Shown in pieces: positions 11,001 through 19,304 of a stretch of 64,000 nucleotides of DNA. The stretch's first letter is position 1, and each line of letters opens with the position of its first letter. The notes beneath the pieces are model-generated. The model did not search any database and was not told the origin of the DNA. It was given only the letters and a program-made list of their open reading frames with translations. A program made the translations under genes and the position numbers. The stretch lies in NCBI GenBank assembly GCA_000146465.1, contig CP001946.1; one strand, 5' to 3'.

Positions 11001-14000
11001 CTATACTCTGAAATGAAGAATATTGTGTGCTCGGTAACTAGGCTGTTCGTGGAAGCATTCAAGGACAATTCCTCTCGGATAGATCCATTAGTAAGCAAGA
11101 TAAGTTTCTTGATGTCTGATTTCAGAACGTCGCTTGCAGACAAGATTGAAATGGCTTGTCTCTTGAGCAATCGAGGGCATGACAATGAGTTTCTTAGTGA
11201 GATGCTGCTTCCGGCCTTCAACAATTATCTCTACTCTGGAGTTACCTTTCCGTCAGGCCTGCAGAAGTTCTTTATGAAAGGAGTCAGTTCGAAAAACAGC
11301 ATCTTGAGGAATGGATATCTAGATCTGATGAACCGCATTGTTCCTGTAAGCAAGTGGATGAGACTTAAGTATCTGCTGGAAATGGAATGGAAGCACAACG
11401 CAAAGATAGGATACACAATGACGGCGATGATGATCCTTTCTTGCCACACAGCAGAACTGGAGGCAGAAAAGTACTCGGAAATAAGACCGAGCAAGGATAT
11501 TGAATATCCTTGGTCACGGGAGGGGATGAGATGCAAGGGAAATGTGAGCAGATGCAGTGGACTTGTTGCGAATCTTCTTGAAGATGTTGGCCTATACAGG
11601 TCCAAGGCGTCGAAGCCAGACCTCCTGGAAATTCTGTACCACTTCGACGATTCCCTACTTCCGGTGCTATCTGGAGTCTTAAGAACTACTGTATGTGGAT
11701 TGGATTCCGAGAAATGTAAAAGCATATTCGAAGGCTTTGTGAAGTTCTGCTCGGAGGTTACAGGAGAAGGGAAACTTCTTGGAGCCCTTGTTAGGGGTCT
11801 TGGGCCTATATATAGACATGCAGATCTATATGAGCTTATTAAGGTATTCCGAGGAGGAGAGGGATGGTACACGCTACTGGAGTATGCAGATGATAGGCAG
11901 AAGACAGAGATATACAGGAGATTGATGAACTTGGATGAATACTTTGGAATGTCGCGGTCGGTGTGTATTTTTCCTGAGACGATGCAGGCATATTTCCTTC
12001 AGCAAGTGGGAAAGACCAAGGAAGCACAGGATCTCTATGAGGAGATCCAAGCCAGAGCAGGAAAGCACAAGATATCTTTTGACGAAAGGGAGTACAAGCT
12101 GTGGCAAGATGAGTGGGTGGCATGTGCAAAAGAACTGCAGCAATGGGATGTATGCTACGATGCAGGAGTGGAGATCGGGGATGGCTTGCTAAGTGGAGAA
12201 TCGTTGTGGCATCTTTCGAACTTCACAAGCCAGAAGGCAGTGGAGAAACTCAAAAGCGTGATTGGCAAGGGAGTAGGATTTGAAAGAGAATTCCTCGATG
12301 TATTTGCAGATATATTTATGAAGTATTCGGCAGAGAGGATCAAGGGAATCCTAACAAAGAACATTGCAGAGCTCAGGAGTTACCCCGTAGGAAGTGGAGC
12401 AAACCTAAGAAATCTTATGTATCTGCAGATCATCATAGAAATGGTTGAGGCAGAGCCTATTTTTAACGACAAGATAGACTCGATAGAAGCATTGACATCG
12501 ATATCCTTCCGATGGAAGGACAAGGAGCCGTCCATCTACAGCTCTTTTGCAGAATGGAGCCTCTTCAAGACATGGAGAAAACATGTATATTCGAGATTGG
12601 GAATGGGAGAGAAGATGTGTGGCAGAGAGATGGGATACAAGCAGCCAGAAAGAGGTTACACAGAGGAGATGGGAAATTCCTTGGGTAGAAAGCCTATAGC
12701 ATCGCATTTGTTTTCTCCAAAAGAGATGAATGAGAACTATGCAAAGATAAAAAAGGAACTGGTGGCCCGAGGAACAAACGAATTGGCAAAGACTCTGAAC
12801 ATGTTTTCCAAGGCAGCCATCGACCATGGATACTATGATGTGGCTCTATTCCATCTTAAAGAAGTCTTTGACCTAAGCAGTGTAAAGGTAGGGGATGCCT
12901 TCCAGAAGGTTGTTTATGAGCTACTTTGCTTTCTCGGCAAGAAAGAGTACAAGATAGGAGCCGAGCAGTGCATGTCGGCAAACATACAACATTTCAGTGA
13001 TACACAGAATTCGGTACTATTCAACATCAAGGGGCTGTTCAATGAGAAGCTTGGAAAGGCTTCGGATGCCGAAAAATTCTATTTGCAGTCTGCACAGATA
13101 TGCAACACAGTTGGAGAAAACTGGCTCACATGGGCGAGTTTCTTGTTTGGTAGGATCGATGGAGATGCTCCAGAAGTAAAGGAAGACGTCTTTGTTGCTC
13201 TTCTACAAGCCATTACCTACTGCAACGGCCCAAATGCAAGGAAAGGAATTCTTAAGATGATTCTACTTATGGGAGAGCATTCCTCGCTCTGTGATGTGGA
13301 GTTGTTCCACAAGGTTCTTCAAGAGATTGACATCTCTCGATTTATATACTTTATTCCGCAACTGATTGGGCTACTGGAAAAGGAAGACTCAAGGTTGGTG
13401 CAAGCCATACTTGGCAAGATCTCGGAAGAGTATCCGCAAGCAGTGATAGGGCCCCTTAAGGCAGCTAAGGAAAGAATAAGAAGAAGCTTGGGGCTTGGAA
13501 AGGAAGATATAGAATGCAAGGTGGGGGAACACAAGGTAGAAGGTAGAAGTAGCGAAGATTCAAAGAGTCTTGGGACTGGACTGGTGACTGGAGAGAAGAA
13601 CATGTTTTTGGAGAATGTTATGTGTATATACAACCGGATAAAAAACGCCCAACCAGGGAAAGAGTTCTGGAAGATCCTTCACTATCTTCACAATTCGCTG
13701 AACTCCTTCGCCTTTAAGGAGGAGGAGCTTGTGTATCTGGAGATCGAGAAGATCTTCAACAGTGCTGTGTCGCATGTTGTGCATGGGGCTGTTCCATCGG
13801 GCCTTGGCCATGCTAAGATTCTGAACGAGCTTATTTTCCAGGTTTCTGTTTCTTCCCTAAGCCGGAAACTCAAGGAAGAGCTTACATCTTCCATTCTCAA
13901 GATGAGGTGCATCTGCCCTCTTGAGAACATCGATGAAATGGTACGGTTCAAAAGTAAGGTGCAGAAGATTGTAGAAGAATCCTTCCATAGGATGGACAAG

Positions 14001-15380
14001 TCCGAGGAGTCTGAGGTGAATCTACTGCTATACAGATCCGACTACAAGCATCGAGTATTTGGACAATACTCGGAAATAAGAAGAAGTTACAAGAGCCTTG
14101 CGAGCATAGAGATGTTTGAGCCTCGGCAGCCCTACATGTACAGAAAAAGAATGGGATGCAATAGAATTCACCTGAGAGGAAGCGATGGGAAGATGTACAG
14201 ATACGAGATGAAAGAGTTAAGGAAGATGAGGTTCTCTGAGTTTGTCCTTCCACAGATATCTTTGATGATTAACGAGGCGATGGGCGAGGACACCAACTTG
14301 CGAAGGAGAGGTGCGGAGTTGAGGTTGTTTGTTCCCTTTATTGCTAGTGAAGTTCTTGCATTGAAATGGATCAAGGAGCCTGTCTATTACATGGATAGTA
14401 TATTGGAAGAGGGGCTAAGTAGATACAAGATGAACATTGATCAATGTGTGCTTCTTTATCTTGATCACTTTGCAACTATCTACGATGGGTTAGACTCAAG
14501 TCCAGGGCATTTCGAGAACAGATATCAGCTGGAGAAGGGACTCACTGCAAGCCTAAAGCCGAGGATTCAAGGAGACGAATGCCCCAATATAAGGAAGAAA
14601 AAAGGCTTTCTTGAAAGCAAGGAGTCGCAGGAGAACCTCATAAACAATGTTAGAATGGTTATTGAGAGGCAGAGGGAGAAGTACACAAGTGGTTTGAGAC
14701 AGAACGAAGTCGAGTGTCTTGGATGCAATGAAAGAGGAGAGGGGATTTCTCCATGTACCTATAGATATGAAACCTCAAAGCGGCAAAGATACATGGCTTA
14801 CGAGAAGGTATACAACACCTTCAAGAAAACTAGCTTTGTGGATGATTACTTCAAGCTTATTTATGGAAACCTGGGAGGATACTTCCGATTTAAAAACAAA
14901 CTTCTTTCCAGTTATTCAGCCAACAGTGTCTTTTTGTACACGTTCTCTGTTGTAGACAGGAGGCCAAGAAACCTTGCCATCACCAAGACTACCGGCTGTT
15001 TTATGAATAGAGACGTCTGTTGCGAGGAAGCTGAGATATCGAGCAAAGGAAAGGGAATGGGGGCCATAGGACCAGGATACCAGAAGCTCTTTGGGAAAGA
15101 AGGGATAGAAGGCACAATGGTGTCTATTATGTATCATTATGCCGGGATGGTAAACAAGGGAGATTGGAGTAAGGATCTGGTGAAAGCTCTACTTGAAGGC
15201 AGGTTTATAGACATGACGGGAAAAGGACTCAAGGGAGCTCACAAGGAAATGCTAAGTAGAGTCTCTGAGATGATTGGAAAAGGCGAGGATGGGACCCATA
15301 ATGTGATTCCGATGGTTAGTGAGTGGATGGACATGTTCAAGCTAGCACAGATTGATCCAAGACATATGTGCTGGATGTGA
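5073..15380 (+). CDS. TRA1: Tra1/TRRAP-like PIKK-family scaffold protein (pseudokinase), 3435 aa
   Basis: A single 10.3-kb ORF with an ATG preceded by 'aaaaaccc'. It has long helical-repeat (HEAT/TPR-like) regions. The C-terminal PI3K-like domain has a degenerate catalytic loop (VDRRPRN in place of DRHxxN; no DFG). The FATC-like end is ...AQIDPRHMCWM. The size and pseudokinase character fit Tra1/TRRAP rather than TOR, ATM or ATR. Confidence 0.75.
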   Translation: MMKDLFVGSEPSEVKANRLKKYMESGRFLETLFFPHEFLESLVLFAIQILNSTEPEKKSSFVSGGNESRYIVLRLLNKFSLKRIRNTGLVHALHCVLRNDNLPNVILSLKALGSLSRSGVIAGDLVEVHVGVLLGMVHNLFTNLESGEEGLIEISLFTLTEMLTHARVFFRGLEYHAVKIDQFLACVYGNIRRAFENRRFMDGMMHKRTSSISMCSGICSLLKLTYEQLPIVSKSGPYHVFACEAAFVGMYYCPSDLLDLRKEIYMLFSKMCIGDKEMVLPMMDKVYMVPFLFSPDAQPMSVKGIGMLSEMLVHVKENLSKAAYMEFGSKVFNVLFSTCSSIRRLCKEVHEGGEERQKYRRNASDIISQDIESLIVCLGAVENTCKCFGGRTGDSEELSHIYLKSFYDIRNGFEGIQGLVRLGCAGKEEELKKVVKKFVSGFREVIGRAGILEKSGNGIVFSVPEINILYEIFERSFDVFLHECLCQEQDIEEFFSVLSLVREHIGSDIVKCLSERIVEYSKKNGEFFGIWRLMSSSVILGNTFCGYVLPRMIEELDREGFEFVKRAMRYIVPFFGNDIKKIKRVNTFFMHRIISTLLAAKRMENFEILLEIFNMFGSMPEKSSFFQKYIFDNFSRIVSHLMNLYEVEGKSIFIEMIFSLPISINLLESDIQFLMRPIEEALMLHGPVRTKALSILVYVLDFSTPDKISGLEKTWQNILNNVAEGLKDSTMLSLCSRILGKLKSYHKTFVVDGKMFEETNEDLKLIRIVVDGKHAVPGHLLFFDAVQKIRGAFELSEKSFGPSGVLTRFRSLGPRCGDGEAKGAAFRLVEKVVCHLMGWNSSGKNLIQNYYESLLEEMEEIGSIPDTLDYIHSVHGVISSLGGRKCSDSRHLAQYVYDAILTLFSCHGTPFEKKALELLHSIFGVVILHKISTLHRPKGKRYTILLDTDTFLDALVESFCDTENSMPFKVLSVMFVQMYEMFGRKCEYFCVEMYRAVFSKLKAMCKSSNKRCRDAGINGIICLAATMPIRELVMLRVPEDSFSCTYLYLLPRGSEDFSLPLRLVVFILRFRYKGIRNYLLSSGMERHFMMSHFRPFVAGLFDGRKDVMDFSQAVLREVFQSYGPRLLERHKDMVFGFFKKEYVIGSRETMIMHLKVFIFCVREGKCPFDDCEMKYLIEKFLDGIASNEEWRGTGGVYMGFDHCERDESTNNEDFCKCNRCGKGEEDTEIVLGGIHKKLSSLSMRDLMEIALKNKMDVVCGDCKKKIYRHKEEWSPRFSNEGEELIYWIREFYLLVIEYRKSFEEIRTAVLYLLRYVSDDSSDYLQKAHNIRPQETEEVISEEVEKCLSEKVDYKILNMLLCAHSISGIRENPRVGMLVLKILKEFRIPKEFAIIAQNDRYSMLAKAYEIGIRLKNQEGLCNEILETYFVLDGYAKSYTSRMYPRMIKYVEDLGSQFVSCMFRRIQDPSAYELCSQLCKDSAKLREMVFGMKDRLAERISQIYCRLEGNDSIEKDVFVYSYRFLDLAGYEMKPVDIQVILGIYADVKTKPRHAVEMRGLINRCIDRFSPENLETLFNIDPWFMSVDGIDPGYLTEGLSPLTLRGIIRSIDKRNRPMIENLSLSLGENRHMLIEMFVEMGIRSEKLIGYCKENLHITNLRGLLLYYLCTFEPLHVYFELLFKLPYEDRKYTLYCLERIVDVFDPLLFEEIILIVLRSEVRFKTSLCILFPLLLSRPSLISKKIVLELTGSIYKLLDSENFPQQRMGFKLFEVLYNRCLLGDGSGNICREYDWIIRNIYTLMFVRFIHMDQDLDGDLLEKYNLELVFELVEYSPKELNLNNMFSFLEAEILSKKNEEYKIWFLKSIGMAIAPYFRSRALGIKVIEYLVRIGMWNYKLLREELGVVVYDPSLLYNLLCMLCSKAGERAGLGCKAHRDDVENMEICLIVIRHLFAEYNRERGEANQKYVEEGLEKLFYVLSLYSEMKNIVCSVTRLFVEAFKDNSSRIDPLVSKISFLMSDFRTSLADKIEMACLLSNRGHDNEFLSEMLLPAFNNYLYSGVTFPSGLQKFFMKGVSSKNSILRNGYLDLMNRIVPVSKWMRLKYLLEMEWKHNAKIGYTMTAMMILSCHTAELEAEKYSEIRPSKDIEYPWSREGMRCKGNVSRCSGLVANLLEDVGLYRSKASKPDLLEILYHFDDSLLPVLSGVLRTTVCGLDSEKCKSIFEGFVKFCSEVTGEGKLLGALVRGLGPIYRHADLYELIKVFRGGEGWYTLLEYADDRQKTEIYRRLMNLDEYFGMSRSVCIFPETMQAYFLQQVGKTKEAQDLYEEIQARAGKHKISFDEREYKLWQDEWVACAKELQQWDVCYDAGVEIGDGLLSGESLWHLSNFTSQKAVEKLKSVIGKGVGFEREFLDVFADIFMKYSAERIKGILTKNIAELRSYPVGSGANLRNLMYLQIIIEMVEAEPIFNDKIDSIEALTSISFRWKDKEPSIYSSFAEWSLFKTWRKHVYSRLGMGEKMCGREMGYKQPERGYTEEMGNSLGRKPIASHLFSPKEMNENYAKIKKELVARGTNELAKTLNMFSKAAIDHGYYDVALFHLKEVFDLSSVKVGDAFQKVVYELLCFLGKKEYKIGAEQCMSANIQHFSDTQNSVLFNIKGLFNEKLGKASDAEKFYLQSAQICNTVGENWLTWASFLFGRIDGDAPEVKEDVFVALLQAITYCNGPNARKGILKMILLMGEHSSLCDVELFHKVLQEIDISRFIYFIPQLIGLLEKEDSRLVQAILGKISEEYPQAVIGPLKAAKERIRRSLGLGKEDIECKVGEHKVEGRSSEDSKSLGTGLVTGEKNMFLENVMCIYNRIKNAQPGKEFWKILHYLHNSLNSFAFKEEELVYLEIEKIFNSAVSHVVHGAVPSGLGHAKILNELIFQVSVSSLSRKLKEELTSSILKMRCICPLENIDEMVRFKSKVQKIVEESFHRMDKSEESEVNLLLYRSDYKHRVFGQYSEIRRSYKSLASIEMFEPRQPYMYRKRMGCNRIHLRGSDGKMYRYEMKELRKMRFSEFVLPQISLMINEAMGEDTNLRRRGAELRLFVPFIASEVLALKWIKEPVYYMDSILEEGLSRYKMNIDQCVLLYLDHFATIYDGLDSSPGHFENRYQLEKGLTASLKPRIQGDECPNIRKKKGFLESKESQENLINNVRMVIERQREKYTSGLRQNEVECLGCNERGEGISPCTYRYETSKRQRYMAYEKVYNTFKKTSFVDDYFKLIYGNLGGYFRFKNKLLSSYSANSVFLYTFSVVDRRPRNLAITKTTGCFMNRDVCCEEAEISSKGKGMGAIGPGYQKLFGKEGIEGTMVSIMYHYAGMVNKGDWSKDLVKALLEGRFIDMTGKGLKGAHKEMLSRVSEMIGKGEDGTHNVIPMVSEWMDMFKLAQIDPRHMCWM

Positions 15381-15447
15381 TGACCAATTAAAGTCGATTT
15401 TTGTTTTCTAGGATTCTTCATCCAAAAGAATGGGTGGGTGATGACCC

Positions 15448-16500
15448 ATGGATACTGTTCTGGTGAAGCTTGTGGATAGAAACCATGATGGGGCTGAACA
15501 CAATCCCTTGCATGTGAGTACATCCTTTACCACCGAGGATCTTGAGCGCTATCTAAGATCTGTGCTTGGTGGAGATGGAGGCTATCGATTCTATATAGCA
15601 GGGCGGGGATTTGAAGGAAGTCTCCTGAAGGAAATCAGCTCAAGGGCTCTAGAGGTCGAAGAAGGACTGACTATTGAGTACGAGCTTGATCGGAATTATA
15701 CACCTGATGTTTTAATAGAACTTGAGGATCTGGTGTCGTGTCTAACTGTGGTGAAAAGCAGGCAGCCGGAAGTATGGTGTGGGACCCATGGGGGGAGGCT
15801 GAAGATATATGCTTATCAGGATGGAGTAATCAACCTGATGAAAACAACAGACTACAGTAGAGTTCGGGGTGTTTCCCGTGAAGATGGTCTATATATCTAC
15901 AATTCTGCAGGAGAGGTAGTGGAGTTTGAATCGGGAGATGTTCTGTTCAAGGTGGATGGAGATATAACCTGCATAGCCTCTTCTTCCAATGTGGTTTCTG
16001 TTGGAACACACGAGGGAGAGTGCTATGTGTTCAAAGAAGGACTTATGAAGGTACATAAGTTTAAGGCATACATATCGTCTACGGCTATGAATAAAGATGA
16101 GGCGATGTTTGTGTGTGCAGATGGAAATATAGGGGTCTTTGGAATCTCTACCAACACGTTCAAAACAAAGGACCTTGGGTATGGCGTAACTTCTTCGGAT
16201 ATGGGAGATGGCAAATATGTCTTTGGAACGTCATGCTCCGGTCTGGTTGTGGAAAATAAAGAAGAATCCACGTTTGTGAGTACAGGCATTAGATTTAGTA
16301 ACAGGATAGCAATGTATAACGGTTGCATAGTTGCTCAGGCCTCCCAATATACAATATCTGTGGTAGATATTGGAGACCACCGAGAACTTCGGAGAATCAC
16401 TGTGGATGAGTGTATCTCGGACATTGGATGGATAGAGAATCTTCTGATTGCCGGTGTCGGGTCCAGAATCCATGGATATATTATACACAACTTGGAATAG
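15448..16500 (+). CDS. WD/beta-propeller protein with an N-terminal NLE (Ubl) domain, Ytm1/WDR12- or Notchless-like ribosome-biogenesis factor
   Basis: The N-terminus PLHVSTSFTTEDLERYLRSVLGGDGGYRFYIAGRGFEGSLLKEI matches the NLE domain pattern (...PFDFLI.GELLRTSL..YL). The rest has beta-strand-rich propeller-like composition. Confidence 0.55.
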   Translation: MDTVLVKLVDRNHDGAEHNPLHVSTSFTTEDLERYLRSVLGGDGGYRFYIAGRGFEGSLLKEISSRALEVEEGLTIEYELDRNYTPDVLIELEDLVSCLTVVKSRQPEVWCGTHGGRLKIYAYQDGVINLMKTTDYSRVRGVSREDGLYIYNSAGEVVEFESGDVLFKVDGDITCIASSSNVVSVGTHEGECYVFKEGLMKVHKFKAYISSTAMNKDEAMFVCADGNIGVFGISTNTFKTKDLGYGVTSSDMGDGKYVFGTSCSGLVVENKEESTFVSTGIRFSNRIAMYNGCIVAQASQYTISVVDIGDHRELRRITVDECISDIGWIENLLIAGVGSRIHGYIIHNLE

Positions 16501-16523
16501 AAATTCTAGTTTATTTTGAATTC

Positions 16524-17063
16524 CTAGAGAGCAGCTGGAACAAACCTCTCAATAAAGCATCTTTGGCCTCTATATGTTATCAATGGGACTCCTGGAATTG
16601 TCTTTATTCTCTGCCTCAGAGCCGTATCCGAAGTTGCTACAATATAGCATCGATGTGCAGAAACTCTGTTGAAGATGCAGTCGTCTGCGTAAGTCCCCTT
16701 ATGGTCGCATTCGAGCCTTTGGACATCGTCCCCTCTGATCAGTGCGAGTGCAACACGGAAGGGCCTCCCAAGCTTCTCCAGTTCTCCAACCACACATTCT
16801 GGAACACATATTTTGATGCTTGCATTCACTGTCTTCATTAGCTGTTCCCTGATGTTGTACTTCTTTCTTACACAGTCGTTGATGAAGTTTGTATCGAGAA
16901 TGATATTATAAGGAGGCCTGAGCCTGTGGTTCAGTAGAAATCCTTCTGTGTTTCTTGGATTTTCACCGCCATCGTGAAGATTCTCAACAGGCCTTGTCTT
17001 TGCCTTCTTTCTATCCAAAATGTTAGCAACTCTCTTGCTTTTTATTGCATGCTTCACCCCCAT
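16524..17063 (-). CDS. FCF1: rRNA-processing PIN-domain protein Fcf1/Utp24
   Basis: PPYNIILDTNFIN, CVPECVVGELEKLGRPFRVAL, CDHKGTYADDCIFNRV, CYIVATSD, IPGVPLI. Confidence 0.9.
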   Translation of the reverse strand: MGVKHAIKSKRVANILDRKKAKTRPVENLHDGGENPRNTEGFLLNHRLRPPYNIILDTNFINDCVRKKYNIREQLMKTVNASIKICVPECVVGELEKLGRPFRVALALIRGDDVQRLECDHKGTYADDCIFNRVSAHRCYIVATSDTALRQRIKTIPGVPLITYRGQRCFIERFVPAAL

Positions 17064-17793
17064 CGGTCTCGAGAATACTAAGTTTTTTATCTAAATCGGA
17101 TTCCCCTTCCTCCTCCGCTCTGCATCTGTCCTGATATATAGGCTCAAAATGCCCATGGGTGTAGAAAATGGAGATCTCGTGAGGATGGTCTCCATAAACA
17201 TCCTCATTGTCTTTTGTGATATCTACAACATGAATTCGAACAGGTATACTTCCAGAAAGGGCACATATCTCCACACATCCGGCCTGCTGGTAGAAGGGAT
17301 CTACAAATCTTGTGCAGTACTTACCCACGTCCATCTCCGGGATGTAGGGCTGATACTTGTCCGGATTCGACTTTATTTCTGTTGAAACAATAAGCCTTAG
17401 GTATGCAACACAATCATATAGTGAGTAAAGAGGAACATCTTCGATCTTTTTTGTCCCATTGGCTATGTCCACCAAGATTTCGACAAACGAATCATAAAAC
17501 CCTTTGTATCCCAGCTCGTCTATATTATACAGGCAGAGGGCTTCATTCGTCTTATCAAATGCATCAATCAAAGTTCTTAATAGAACATCCTTTTCAGCAG
17601 CCAGGAGGTCTGCAAGCGCAACTGCATAGGAGATGTACAGGCAATTCCCATCCCGGATACATTCTCGGAACATTGTGTATGACTCCATGATTCTCTGAAT
17701 CCGAGCTGTGTACAAGGGATCGTGGAAGTACTTATGTTCTATAAGGTTCTTCTTGGCGCTGGTGGATGCCTCCGTATTTGTTTTCTCGGCCAT
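17023..17793 (-). CDS. Otubain-type OTU deubiquitinase
   Basis: Cys box RDGNCLYISYAV (DGNCFYRA-like) and C-terminal His box HGHFEPIY (PGHYDILY in OTUB1). The 34-aa acidic tail extends over the Fcf1 start. Confidence 0.8.
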   Translation of the reverse strand: MAEKTNTEASTSAKKNLIEHKYFHDPLYTARIQRIMESYTMFRECIRDGNCLYISYAVALADLLAAEKDVLLRTLIDAFDKTNEALCLYNIDELGYKGFYDSFVEILVDIANGTKKIEDVPLYSLYDCVAYLRLIVSTEIKSNPDKYQPYIPEMDVGKYCTRFVDPFYQQAGCVEICALSGSIPVRIHVVDITKDNEDVYGDHPHEISIFYTHGHFEPIYQDRCRAEEEGESDLDKKLSILETDGGEACNKKQESC

Positions 17794-17922
17794 TGGAAAG
17801 GGGTAGAGGAAAGAAGGAAAATTGTTGATGATCTCGGCATAGGGAGCATCTCCAAGACTCCAACCAGCAGAATACTTCTAGGAGTTTTCGTTTTATCGGA
17901 AATATATGAAAACCCTTGAGGC

Positions 17923-19080
17923 ATGAAAGGAAACAAACTGAAGAAGGAGTGCATTTCCATCTTCATGAATCTGGCAAAGACAACCCTTGGATCTGGGATA
18001 CTAAGATATCCGTTTCTCTTCAAGACATATGGAGTTTGGTACACCATTCTTCTAACGTCTGTGTCTGCTCTGGCATCGCTTTTTGGGCTGTGGCTGTACA
18101 TCGACTTGAACGACTTCTATGGCCTGGACAACTCGATGTCGACAATAGCAAGATACATATATCCTCCATTGCAGCCGATTGTGAATATAACTGTATGTCT
18201 CAAGTGCTTCTTGGTATGCACGGCATACCTTGTTCTACTCAAAAATAATCTTCCAGGAACAGTAAAAAGCATTTTTGGGCTGCAGAGCAGCTACCAGACC
18301 TTGTGCATGCTCGGGGTGGTTCTATGTGTGTTTCCATTTGTGTCCATGCACAAGATCGATAAGCTGAGGTATACTTCTTCGTTTGGGCTCTGTGCTGTCA
18401 TAGGTCTTATGCTGTTGTCGGTATATAGATATGCAACAGCCGAGGATGTTCCTGTCTTTGAAGAGACAAAGGGAGGAAACTATCTGGGAGAGCTGGGGAG
18501 CTTTGTGTTTGGGTTTACTTGCCATCAGAACATATTTTCTGTGCAGAACGAAATGAAGGTGAACAACAAGACTGCGTTGAAGATGACTGTGTTTCTTATG
18601 CTAGTGGCGGCGTCCTCTGTATACATAACTTTTGGACTCACCAATTATCTTGTTCTTGGTAACGGGATGAAGGAGAACTTTTTCGAAAATATACCCGAGG
18701 GCATGAAGAGCATAATCTCTATGTTTTATTTTCTTGTTGTGATGATGTCCATTCCGCTGCAGACACACCCGTGCAGGAAGTACTTCCTCGATCTCTTTGA
18801 CACAAGATACTCTACAGATGGAAAATACTGGCACTTAAGGTTTGTAACCAGCCTATTCATAATACTACTATCGTTTATAATTGCCATGAATGTGTCGAAG
18901 ATGGAAAAACTATGCGAGATTGTGGGAGGAACCTTCTCGGCTCTCATGTGCTTTATATTTGGATCGCTGTACTACTTTATTGCCTTCTGGAACAGAGGAT
19001 TTGAGGTGAAGAAAATACTGGCGTTCTTTGTCCTGGCATATGGTGTTGCGGCATTTGTCTCTCTGTTCCTTGCGCCATGA
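17923..19080 (+). CDS. amino acid transporter (Aa_trans/AVT, SLC36/38-like), multipass membrane protein
   Basis: The N-terminal NLAKTTLGSGILRYPFLFKTYG motif is typical of Aa_trans permeases, with about 10 predicted TM segments. Confidence 0.75.
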   Translation: MKGNKLKKECISIFMNLAKTTLGSGILRYPFLFKTYGVWYTILLTSVSALASLFGLWLYIDLNDFYGLDNSMSTIARYIYPPLQPIVNITVCLKCFLVCTAYLVLLKNNLPGTVKSIFGLQSSYQTLCMLGVVLCVFPFVSMHKIDKLRYTSSFGLCAVIGLMLLSVYRYATAEDVPVFEETKGGNYLGELGSFVFGFTCHQNIFSVQNEMKVNNKTALKMTVFLMLVAASSVYITFGLTNYLVLGNGMKENFFENIPEGMKSIISMFYFLVVMMSIPLQTHPCRKYFLDLFDTRYSTDGKYWHLRFVTSLFIILLSFIIAMNVSKMEKLCEIVGGTFSALMCFIFGSLYYFIAFWNRGFEVKKILAFFVLAYGVAAFVSLFLAP

Positions 19081-19304
19081 TATGTCCAAAGCATTTACCA
19101 GAGGCCGGTTGGTAGGGGAGGCCCTTCCTTTTGATTTGTCTCCAGAGAGGTCCAAAGCCAATTCAACTATCAATAAACTAGTACCAGGTTTTTTCTGATA
19201 ATACAATATGCCAATCCTAAAAGTACTTCTTCCTCGAATTCTAAAACACTCTGTTTCAGAACAAGGCCTGAAAATATAAATTCGCCAAGAACACTACTGC
19301 AGAC

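Noticed and set aside
16410-16841. 143-aa plus-strand ORF overlapping Fcf1 antisense
   Set aside because: Fcf1 is strongly supported on the minus strand, and this frame has no start context or domain.
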